Shown here: piece by piece, positions 12,138 through 22,477 of the stretch
How the letters are laid out: each line of letters opens with the position of its first letter
How positions within the stretch are numbered: the stretch's first letter is position 1
Assembly (NCBI RefSeq): GCF_030684315.1
Contig: NC_081396.1
Span: forward strand, 992,001 to 1,056,000
Length of the DNA: 64,000 nt
Direction: 5' to 3'
Source of the DNA: Stegostoma tigrinum
Lineage: Eukaryota
The notes under the pieces: generated by a model
The model's database searches: none
What the model saw: only the letters and a program-made list of their open reading frames with translations
Told to the model about the DNA's origin: nothing
Program-made: the position numbers and the translations under genes

Positions 12138-15100
12138 ATAGAACATAGAACATAGAACATAGAACAGTACAGCACAGAACAGGCCCTTCAGCCCACAATG
12201 TTGTGCCGACCATTGATCCTCATGGATGCACCCTCAAATTTCTGTGACCATATGCATGTCCAGCAGTCTCTTAAATGACCCCAATGACCTTGCTTCCACA
12301 ACTGCTGCTGGCAACGCATTCCATGCTCTCACAACTCTCTGCGTAAAGAACCTGCCTCTGACATCCCCTCTATACTTTCCACCAACCAGCTTAAAACTAT
12401 GACCCCTCGTGCTAGCCATTTCTGCCCTGGGAAATAGTCTCTGGCTATCGACTCTATCTATGCCTCTCATTATCTTGTATACCTCAATTAGGTCCCCTCT
12501 CCTCCTCCTTTTCTCCAATGAAAAGAGACCGAGCTCAGTCAACCTCTCTTCATAAGATAAGCCCTCCAGTCCAGGCAGCATCCTGGTAAACCTCCTCTGA
12601 ACCCTCTCCAAAGCATCCACATCTTTCCTATAATAGGGCGCCCAGAACTGGACGCAGTATTCCAAGTGCGGTCTAACCAAAGTTTTATAGAGCTGCAACA
12701 AGATCTCACGACTCTTAAACTCAATCCCCCTGTTAATGAAAGCCAAAACACCATATGCTTTCTTAACAACCCTGTCCACTTGGGTGGCCATTTTAAGGGA
12801 TCTATGTATCTGCACACCAAGATCCCTCTGTTCCTCCACGCTGCCAAGAATCCTATCCTTAATCCTGTACTCAGCTTTCAAATTCGACCTTCCAAAATGC
12901 ATCACCTCGCATTTATCCAGGTTGAACTCCATCTGCCACCTCTCAGCCCATCTCTGCATCCTGTCAATGTCCCGCTGCAGCCTACAACAGCCCTCTACAC
13001 TGTCAACGACACCTCCGACCTTTGTGTCGTCTGCAAACTTGCTGACCCATCCTTCAATTCCCTCGTCCAAGTCATTAATAAAAATTACAAACAGTAGAGG
13101 CCCAAGGACAGAGCCCTGTGGAACCCCACTCACCACTGACTTCCAGGCAGAATATTTTCCTTCTACTACCACTCGCTGTCTTCTGTTGGCCAGCCAATTC
13201 TGTATCCAAGCAGCTAAGTTCCCCTGTATCCCATTCCTCCTGACCTTCTGAATGAGCCTTCCATGGGGAACCTTATCAAATGCCTTACTGAAGTCCATAT
13301 ACACCACATCCACAGCTTGACCCTCATCAACCTTACTAGTCACATCCTCAAAAAACTCGATAAGGTTTGTAAGGCATGACCTACCCCTCACAAAGCCGTG
13401 TTGACTGTATTTGATCAAGCCATGCTCTTCCAGATGGTCATAAATCTTATCCCTCAGAATCCTTTCTAACACCTTGCAGACGACAGACGTGAGACTTACC
13501 GGTCTATAATTGCCGGGGATTTCCCTATTTCCTTTCTTGAAGAGAGGAATTACATTTGCCTCTCTCCAGTCCTCAGGTACGACTCCAGTGGAGAGCGAGG
13601 ATGCAAAGATCTTCGCAAGTGGCGAAGCAATTGCATTTCTCGCTTCCCAAAGCAGCCGAGGACAAATCTGATCCGGGCCTGGCGACTTGTCAATCTTAAT
13701 GTTTGACAAAATTTTCAGTACATCAGCTTCCTCTATCTCTATCCATTCCAGCATGCACACCTGCTCTTCAAAGGTTTCATTCACTACACAGGTCGTTTCT
13801 TTCGTAAAGACAGAAGCAAAAAACTCATTTAGGGCTTCCCCTACCTCCTCAGGCTCCACACACAAGTTCCCTATGCTATCCCTGATCGGCCCTACTCTTT
13901 CTTTGACCATTCTCTTATTCCTCACGTAAGTGTAAAATGCCTTTGTGTTTTCCCGGATTCCTTCTGCCAAGCCTTTCTCGTGCCCCCTCCTGGCTCTCCT
14001 CAGACCATTTTTGAGCTCCTTCCTTGCCTGCATGTAATCCTCTCTAGCTGAACTTGACCCTAGCTTCCTCCACCTTATGTAAGCTACCTTCTTACTTTGC
14101 ACTAGAAGCTCCACCGCTCTCGTCATCCAAGGTTCCTTTATCTTACCCCGTCTTGCCTGTCTCAGAGGGACATATTTACTCATCACTCCCAACAACTGTT
14201 CCTTAAACCATCTCCACATGTCTATAGTTCCCTTACCATGGAACAACTGCTCCCAGTCCATGCTTCCTAACTCGTGTCTAATCGCATCATAGTTTCCTCT
14301 TCCCCAATTAAATATCCTCCCATTCTGCCTAATCCTCTCCTTCTCCATAGCTATGTAGAATGAGAGTGTGTTATGGTCACTATCACCAAAATGCTCTCCC
14401 ACCACAAGATCTGATACCTGCCCCGGCTCGTTTCCGAGCACCAAGTCTAGAATGGCCTCTCCCCTCGTCGGCCTGTCAACGTACTGCGTTAGGAAACCCT
14501 CCTGAACACACCTTACAAAAACAGCTCCATTCAAATCTTCTGCTCGAAGGAGGTTCCAATCAATATTAGGAAAGTTAAAGTCACCCATTACAACAACCCT
14601 ACTGCGTCCACACTTTTCCAAAATCTGTCGACCTATGCTTTCTACAATCTCCCTGCTGCTATTGGGGGGCCTGTAGTAAACCCCTAACGAGGTGACTACT
14701 CCCTTGCTGCTCCTAATTTCCACCCATACTGACTCAGTAGGCAGATCTTCCTCGACAATGGAAGCTTCTGTAGCTGTGATACCCTCTCTGATTAGTAGTG
14801 CTACACCCCCTCCTCTTTTTCCCCCCTCCCTATTCTTTTTAAATGTTCTAAACCCTGGAATATCCAGCAACCATTCCAGCCCATGAGAAACCCATGTCTC
14901 TGTTATGGCCACAACATCATAGCACCAGGTACTGATCCATGCTCTAAGTTCATCACTTTTATTCCTGATACTCCTTGCATTAAAGCAAACACACTTTAAC
15001 CGATCCCTTGGTTCCTTCCCAGGAAAATCCTTCCCACTAGCTGGTCTACCTCTTGCTACTGCCTCACCTGCATCAACGCTCACCTCTGGTATACAGCTCA

Positions 15101-15356
15101 GGTTCCCACCCCCCTGCCATACTAGTTTAAACCCTCTCGAACTACTCGAGCAAACCTTCCACCCAGGACATTGGTCCCCTTCCAGTTCAGATGCAACCCG
15201 TCCTTCTTGTACAGGTCCCACCTTCCCCAGAAGGCATCCCAATTATCAACATATCTGAAACCCTCCCTCCTACACCAGCTGCGTAGCCACGTGTTCAGCT
15301 GCGCCCGCTCCCTGTTCCTCACCTCGCTATCTCGTGGCACCGGTAGTAAACCAGAT
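12138..15356 (-). mobile_element. CR1-clade LINE, 5'-truncated within ORF1, ORF2 intact
   Basis: (GTTCTAT)n 3' tail at 12138-12165. ORF2 12234-15242. ORF1 C-terminal esterase-like fragment (...DGLHLN...REGLN*) ending at 15122. Confidence 0.95.
12234..15242 (-). CDS. CR1 ORF2: APE endonuclease plus reverse transcriptase
   Basis: 1002 open codons. APE motifs NARS, ITETW, GDFN, SDH; RT motifs [33 protein letters not shown]. Confidence 0.95.
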   Translation of the reverse strand: MGCLLGKVGPVQEGRVASELEGDQCPGWKVCSSSSRGFKLVWQGGGNLSCIPEVSVDAGEAVARGRPASGKDFPGKEPRDRLKCVCFNARSIRNKSDELRAWISTWCYDVVAITETWVSHGLEWLLDIPGFRTFKKNREGGKRGGGVALLIREGITATEASIVEEDLPTESVWVEIRSSKGVVTSLGVYYRPPNSSREIVESIGRQILEKCGRSRVVVMGDFNFPNIDWNLLRAEDLNGAVFVRCVQEGFLTQYVDRPTRGEAILDLVLGNEPGQVSDLVVGEHFGDSDHNTLSFYIAMEKERIRQNGRIFNWGRGNYDAIRHELGSMDWEQLFHGKGTIDMWRWFKEQLLGVMSKYVPLRQARRGKIKEPWMTRAVELLVQSKKVAYIRWRKLGSSSAREDYMQARKELKNGLRRARRGHEKGLAEGIRENTKAFYTYVRNKRMVKERVGPIRDSIGNLCVEPEEVGEALNEFFASVFTKETTCVVNETFEEQVCMLEWIEIEEADVLKILSNIKIDKSPGPDQICPRLLWEARNAIASPLAKIFASSLSTGVVPEDWREANVIPLFKKGNREIPGNYRPVSLTSVVCKVLERILRDKIYDHLEEHGLIKYSQHGFVRGRSCLTNLIEFFEDVTSKVDEGQAVDVVYMDFSKAFDKVPHGRLIQKVRRNGIQGNLAAWIQNWLANRRQRVVVEGKYSAWKSVVSGVPQGSVLGPLLFVIFINDLDEGIEGWVSKFADDTKVGGVVDSVEGCCRLQRDIDRMQRWAERWQMEFNLDKCEVMHFGRSNLKAEYRIKDRILGSVEEQRDLGVQIHRSLKMATQVDRVVKKAYGVLAFINRGIEFKSREILLQLYKTLVRPHLEYCVQFWAPYYRKDVDALERVQRRFTRMLPGLEGLSYEERLTELGLFSLEKRRRRGDLIEVYKIMRGIDRVDSQRLFPRAEMASTRGHSFKLVGGKYRGDVRGRFFTQRVVRAWNALPAAVVEARSLGSFKRLLDMHMVTEI

Positions 15357-15436
15357 ACTTGTGTGTGAGTCCATGTACTTGTGTGTGTTGGCATTTCTGA
15401 GTGTCTGTCTGTTGGTATCAGTGTGGGTGATTGTGT

Positions 15437-16125
15437 TGATTAATTTATTATCGTGTGTATGAAAATACAGAGCAAAGGCTTTATTTATGAATGGTACAGG
15501 CATATCATAGCAAGCAGAGGGTATGCAGATCAAAGAGACTTACAGGCGCACAGTTACATTGCAGACCACATTATTTGGAGATAAAGTCCATTCAACAAAC
15601 TGATAACGGATGGAGAGAAGCTCTTCCTGAACTGGCTCGGACATGTGTTAAGGCTTCTGTATCATCTGTCTGATGGAATAGGTTGTCAAACGTTATTACC
15701 AGGATGCAATGTGTCTTTGATAATGTTGGCCACCTTTCCGCACCTGTGAGAGATGCCAATAGAGCCCACTGATGCAAGGTTGGCTTCTGTGACGATCTTG
15801 GCTGTGTGCACCACTTTCTGAACTTTCTTACAGTCCTGGGCAGACCAATTGTCATACCAGGCTGCTATATACCCATACAGTATGCTTTCAATGGCGCATC
15901 GTAGAAGCTGGTGTGGCATCACAGAAGTTGGTTAAGGACCTTATGGACATTCCAAATTTTTTGAGCGGCCTGAGGAAGAAGAGACGTTGTTGTACCTTCT
16001 TGACTGTCCCATTTACAAGGGAAGTCCAGGACAGGTCATTGATTATTGTCACCCAAATGAACTTGATGCACTTCACTCTCTCAACCTCAGTTCTGTTGCT
16101 GTAGATGGGGACGTGTTCTCCTCCT
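15437..16125 (-). mobile_element. Rex1/Babar-like LINE 3' fragment
   Basis: EVERVKCIKFIWVTIINDLSW...KKVQQRLFFLR...CAIESIL...KKVQKVV matches the Rex1-type RT C-terminus; frameshifted. Confidence 0.75.
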
Positions 16126-16589
16126 TTCTTTCTGTCTACTTGTTTCTGTGTGTATCTGTGTGATAACGTGGGTGTGTGAAAGCTCAATGTAACAGGCAAA
16201 TCGTCAGAGGCATCGCAGACTGATTTCTATATCAATTCCCTCTACTTGATATTTCTTCTGTATCACTACCAACACCCCTGCCTTTATTGATCCCCTCTCT
16301 TTGTTCCTCTGTTGATCCTCATTGCCGTCTTTATCATCATCTGTAGGCGTTCGTCTCTCTCTCATCTGTGATTCCCCTTCATTCTCTTCTTCTTTTGGAT
16401 TCTTTTCAGTCGACTCAGCCTCAATTTGATTGGATTTGAAAAGATACATTTACACAACGGTATCTTTCATCTCAGTTTATTGAATACTCTTTTCAGCTGC
16501 ATTTTCATGGTCGTTACTTTCTTTATTGACTCCAATATTGTTCTCCCTGCTTGACTAATGTAATGTGTTAAATATCCTGTGTCTTGGCT

Positions 16590-16950
16590 TTTCATTTAGT
16601 TGTGGGTGGAAATGTAGCAGCTATGCTTCCTGCTCTGGCCTGCTGAGAAATATAAAGAGGAGAGCTGTTGTTTATTTCTTTCGATGTCATACTCCTTTCG
16701 ATAGAACGTGAAAATGGAGGTGCAATTAACTTTGATTATCCTTATTATCCTGAACAGAATCAACCCAGTTGAGTTACACTTCAGATTGGTATTATCTACT
16801 GATGTCCAGTGACAGTGTCCCTTCCTCTGGTGTCAAATAAATCCGGTTTCTAGATCAACTGATCTGGACAAGTCCCATGACGTTTCTGAAAACAGATGCA
16901 CTCTAAGTTCTCACCGATTATGATTCATGCAATATTTCAACATTGAACAT
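16590..16950 (-). pseudogene. Candidate decayed inverted V relic (family C)
   Basis: ATG at 16950 with a leader-length exon ending at a GTGAGA donor. After the acceptor: DQLI*KP..., EEG..LDIS, and later SSPLYISQ. Confidence 0.4.
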
Positions 16951-17050
16951 GGGTGCTCCCCAAAATTAATTTTCTAAGTTATTGCTGCCCCTCCATAAGG
17001 CCATTGCCATTGAGATTGCGAGGCTTTCGATACAAATCCGGTCTCCTCGT

Positions 17051-17542
17051 TGTTTCTGTACTGGCTGGTCATTGTTTTATTTCTTAGTGAAGAATACCAT
17101 GCAGAGGCGGATCACTCCGCCCTGCAATGTCGCTATTGGTCAAAATCCTGCGTTTCTGTTCCACTGAGGAGTTGTCTGAGTCCTCCCTGATCTGGCTGTA
17201 CTGCAGGAGTCGGTGCCCAGAAGCTATGGCTCCCGTTTACCACACTTACAGGTACCACTGCATGAAGCTGAGCAAGGTGCTGGTGCATTGTCACTGAGAT
17301 GCCTCCCACAGCCACAAAAGCTACAAGACCCTGTGTGATGCGCTCTTTGACCAGGAGGTCAATGACATGGAATAAAATCCCGCGGGACAAATGACGAGAT
17401 GAAATAGGGTGCAAGCATCCAGCTCCCCGGAAAATTTGTATTCATCAATGGGAAAACTGACTATTCTTCTCAATGACCATACCTTGAGATATATTCACAT
17501 ATGTCTCTCAAAGTATTTTAAATAAAAAAAAAATCTTCACAT
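17051..17542 (-). pseudogene. Inverted TCR V pseudogene (family B) with RSS remnant
   Basis: DLLVKERITQGLVAFVAVGGISVTM..STLLSFMQWY. Leader remnant with AG|GTATGG donor. RSS remnant CACTAAG-23-ACAGAAACA at 17089-17051. Confidence 0.8.
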
Positions 17543-19638
17543 CCTTGCGTTTCTATAACTGCTGGGGGAATAAAATGACACCTACACTTTGCACAGTTGC
17601 CCACTGTTTATCAGAGTCTGAGCTTCTCAACATTCACTTTGAGAAAATGTCTCAACTTGAATACGGCATATGGTATTAGCTACTAGATAACTTGTTCTCT
17701 GAGGAGATGTGCGCGTCCCTGCCTTGCCACGGTATTGGCTGCCCATCTCTAACATCTGTTGGAAAAGGCGCTGGTGAGCTGCCTTTTCAAACAGATGTCT
17801 CATTTGACGTGGAGATAGAAACAGGAAATTGGAATGGAGGCCCAGCCACAATATTGCTCAGTAGCACTGAAGGAAGGATGATCCATACTTTGGTCAGAAT
17901 GGTGAGTGAATTGGAGTGGAACTAGTGACTTATGCTATGTATCTGCTATACTTGTCATTCTAGCTGGAAGTGGTCAATGCTTTGGAAAGGGGCTGCATCT
18001 TCTTTTCTTTGGTTACCTCCCACCATTTAAGAGTAAAGTGTGTGTTGAAAAGTCCAGTCATAACAAAGTCTCAAAAAAGAAACATGAAAATGGCACATGG
18101 CGGTTTGGGGTGAGAATCGAAAGTGTAACTCACCCGGCATGCTTGCATTCAGCTTGAGAATGATCAACATTAACATCTTTCCCACCTTCATGACATATTT
18201 TTAGGAGTAAAATACCGACATGGCAGTGGCTGTTCTCTTGATAGTGCATAAAACGGCAGATGATGAAGTGCTGTTGTTATACTTCCACATAAACAAGAAC
18301 CAAAAGGACACGACGTGGGCCCGCGACCGTTTCCAACTGTGCATTCTGGTGTTAGTGCTAATGTGTATGTGTCTGAGCGCCTGTGTGGCCGTTTTGTTGT
18401 ACATGTTTGTTTTGCGTTATTTGTGTTTGTGTTTTGATGTGTTCTGCTGTGTATTGTTCTGTTTGTCTCAGTGTCTGATGGGAAATATATTCAAAAGTTT
18501 AGAAACGTTCATCTGGAGCATTGTCTCACGGATCTAATGTCAGCTTAGAAACTGCTTGTTGTTGCTTTGTGGTATAAATTGACTGGAGAGCTGATAATGG
18601 ATGATTAATCAACAAAACCCTCGCAGCCTCTTTCCCTGTTTCACTCCTCTCGGTTCAACATGATGCAGCGCTCTCCTCTGCTAGCTGCTGTCCATTAGTA
18701 CTCAATATGAAAATCAAACGAATCAAGGACTCAATTAGTTGGAGGGCAGCAGCACACAGCCTCATTCAAATTGATAGCATGATTAGGTCATGCACAGACA
18801 TAGTGTGCAGTCTTTGGTTCTCTAAACCTGCATGTCCAGCTAACATTCATAATTTCGCTGATCAGTTTAATGTTTCTTTTGTCCTCTGTTTCTCCTAGTT
18901 CTCCTGCCTATCAAACTTACACATCCTCCATGACAATTCGGTGTAACAACCTATAGTTTGTAAAGAAGGTGAGTTTTTGGATCAGGGATGGGTTGTACAT
19001 GATGGACAAACCTCGCAATGAAATGAGGCTGATCCTAAAATTTAAAAAAAAGCCTTAAAGTTAGATTCTCTTCACTGGTGTGCATCTATTATCTTCACAA
19101 TGCTGGGTAAGTTGCATAACATATTGATTGCGTGAGAATTGACAAAGCAGATGTTCATCTCCACTACTGGACGATGAAGCGTGGAGCCATTCCTTTTAGA
19201 ACATCATTAAACTAACACAACTTTTTGTTTGTGTTATCCCAGGCCTGGAGTTCTGCAGATAAATGAATGGGAGCAAACATACTTTGTGATTATCAAAATC
19301 AGAAAAATAATGAGAAAAGATGAGCTGTGTGGAGGGATCTCTTGTGTTTGTGGTAGTATATGTGCCTTTGAATCATGGGAATACTGTCAAGTCCTGCGGG
19401 CTCTGGAGACGTGTCATTAAAACTCTACAGTGTACATGAAGAAAATTGTTTCAGCCTGTGGGACAGTCTAAGAGCACAAAGTATAATTTCAGAATAAGGA
19501 GTCACATATTTAAAATAAAGATGAAGAGGCATTTCTTCTCTGAGATGAAAAAAAAACAGTATCAGTGAAATTATTTAGAGAACAGTCTGGGGGCTAAATA
19601 TGTTCAAGTCTGAGATCGACATAGACAGGCAAGATAAA

Positions 19639-19919
19639 GAAGGACAGGCAGTTGCTCTAAGCTGTACCTATGATATAACATCAATCTACTTTACATCATA
19701 CGGGTGCTGTTGGAACGCCAATGCACACAGGAGTCTATATTGTTGAAAAGCTGGATATGAGGATGAAACAGATTTTGCTAAAAGTTACTTCTCTGTAGAA
19801 CGTTAGACCCAGAAGAAATTCACCAGCTTCATTATCACCGGACTGGAACTGACTGATAATGTTGTTGTATATTTGGGACCTCACAGGGATGATAAACACT
19901 CTCCCCCCGTATAAAATCT
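19639..19919 (+). pseudogene. 5'-truncated TCR V pseudogene (main family)
   Basis: EGQAVALSCTYDIT...EDETDFAK...KKFTSFIITGLELTD with stops and frameshifts. RSS CACAGGG-22-ATAAAATCT. Fused directly to an old CR1 3' remnant. Confidence 0.85.
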
Positions 19920-21993
19920 ACCTTTGGACCAAACATTGATGCATATATTTAGGCTATCACAGTGTCTCAGGAAGTTACTATCTTAGTTGCTATTTCTGGA
20001 GATTAAGCACACACGGCGAGGAAACCAAACTAACCTCACATCAAATTGTTACCCAACTGGTTTCCCGAGTTGCTGAAAAAATCAACTGCAGACTTTTAGC
20101 ATACCCAAAGAAACAACAGAATCATGTCAGAATTTAATGTTGCACGTCTGCTGTTTTCCTAATGCCGAGAAATGTGCCTAATTTCTTGATTTGTTCATGA
20201 CAGTTAACAAAGCAGACATTAATTTCCAATCTTAAGAGTCTCAAGTCTCTAACCATTCCCATCAGGGCAAGCGAACATAATACAAAATTAGTTTGTCTTA
20301 TTCTTGGGCAGTAGGTCTGCAGAAAAATGAATATGAGCAAACTTACTTTCTGTTTATCTACATCAGAAGAATTCATCAGTGTATAGGCAAACTGCATGGA
20401 GATCTTGTGACGTTGTGGTAGCATCCCTACCTGAGTCAGGAGACACACATTCAAATCCCACATACTCCAGAGATGTGTAATGAAAACTTGACAGCATGGG
20501 GCAGAAAAGCTGTTTTTCCACTTGGGAGAGCCTAGGAGCAGTTGGCGTAACCTCAGAATAAGGAATCACAGATTGAAATTTGAAGTAAGAAACCTTTTCT
20601 TCCCTCAGATGGAAAATAATCTGTAGAATTATTTACTGCAAAGTCTGTGTGCTAAATATGTTCAAGGGTGAGATAGACATAGGAAGGATAGGCAGCAATA
20701 CCTGTATGCTCTGGAGATCACAAGAGTTAGACGTGATTGAATTGCTGTGCAAAGGAACCTGAAAGGGTTTAATATTGTGAATTTGTAATCCACACACTGA
20801 TCACGCCAATTTTCTCCACACTGACCATCTGTCATTTTCAAACTGGCCAGCTCTAATCCTTACACTTCCCTGTATGTCTGTTGATGCTACTGTCAGACTG
20901 AATTCAGATATCTGCTGTTGCTCTCCCTTTGACTAATTTCCTGGCTATTTTTACTCACACAGTCGTGGCAGCTACAGGTCTCTTGCAGAGGGTGACATTT
21001 CATCACTTCAATAGCAGGTAACTTGCAATGAGGACAGGNNNNNNNNNNNNNNNNNNNNNNNNNNNNNNNNNNNNNNNNNNNNNNNNNNNNNNNNNNNNNN
21101 NNNNNNNNNNNNNNNNNNNNNNNNNNNNNNNNNNNNNNNNNNNNNNNNNNNNNNNNNNNNNNNNNNNNNNNNNNNNNNNNNNNNNNNNNNNNNNNNNNNN
21201 NNNNNNNNNNNNNNNNNNNNNNNNNNNNNNNNNNNNNNNNNNNNNNNNNNNNNNNNNNNNNNNNNNNNNNNNNNNNNNNNNNNNNCGATGATGGCTACTG
21301 TAATATCATTCAGATGTGCAGGCAATTCCGTTTTGTGAGGACCCCGTGTTCAGTGAATCAGTAAAACATCCACAGGAGGGAGGAAAGAAGACGGGACTGA
21401 ACTCAGTAAAGAGTGCTGAGAGGACGAACAGGGGGAGAGAGTGATTATCTTGAGCCTGAGGGCAAAGAATCACCAAAAGAGGAGCAGAATAAAAGAGGAT
21501 CTGGTAAAAGTAATGTCAGAGATACAGCTGAATAAGTTTGAGAGTGAGTCCAGTGATGGGAAGGTGTGATTGTAATGCCAGAAGGCACAGTTGTGAAGCC
21601 GCAAAGATTATGGGATGTGGCGGAAATCTCGGGGTAGTGCCGGCAATTTCGTAGCACCCTTTACTGGTTAAGAACGGGAAAGTGATGTCAGTTGAAGAAG
21701 TTGGACAGAAACAAGAACAGAGTTTTGCGAATAAAATGTACCATGATTCTGGAGATACACTTGTATTGAGGCCAAACTATTAGAACTCTCGTTTCTTCAT
21801 TTTAAGTACAGTGTCAGTAACTCAGCTCTGGATGTGTCAATTCACTGAGAGTCTGCAATCTTCCTCCTGCCCTCTGCGCACCATCGCCCACGAAGGCGGT
21901 GATGTTGGAATGTCAGCTGTCGACTGTGGGCGGTGTTTATATAATAGGTATCTTCAATTATCTGACTGCTGTGCAACACAGACGAAATCGACA

Positions 21994-22477
21994 ATAGAGC
22001 CACTCAGCATCAGTGTTGTGTGGAGAGCAATTCTAACTGGCAATTGTGGAGGAAATGGAATTCATATTTCTTCACCAAATCATAGGCTTAAATGATAATT
22101 TACATCTGAAGTTTGTGTTCCCTTTCGGAGTTGAATCTTGGAAATTTTGTCACTCAGTCACTGTCCTCAGATGTTCGGACAGAAGGAAAGGTGGTGGCTA
22201 TAAGCTGCAGGTATGATACTACATGGAGGGTCTATGTATTATACTGGTACTGAGAGCACTTAAGTACGCAGCCCGAGTATATAATGTGGAAAAGTAATAT
22301 TGAAAATGAGGATAAAGCAGATTTTGCTAGAGGTCGCTTCTCTGCTGAGTTTCCAATTGCGAATAAATTCACCAGCCTGATGATCACTGCACTAAACCTG
22401 ACTGACGCTCTCATGTATTACTGTGCTCTCAGGGATGGCACAATGATGATACACAGTCTTTCTCCTGTACAAAAACC
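21994..22477 (+). pseudogene. TCR V pseudogene with near-consensus RSS
   Basis: ATG>ATA, donor GT>GC, acceptor CAG>CGG, WY*(TGA) in FR2. The 3' part is open (DALMYYCALRD). RSS CACAATG-23-ACAAAAACC at 22439-22477. Confidence 0.92.

Noticed and set aside
12138-12165. Short direct repeats (ATAGAAC)n and (CCATAAG)n as a CRISPR-like or telomeric array
   Set aside because: They have no spacers and are the terminal repeats of CR1 LINEs.
12666-13251. Antisense or alternate-frame ORFs over CR1 elements
   Set aside because: Shadows of the RT coding sequence with no independent protein features.
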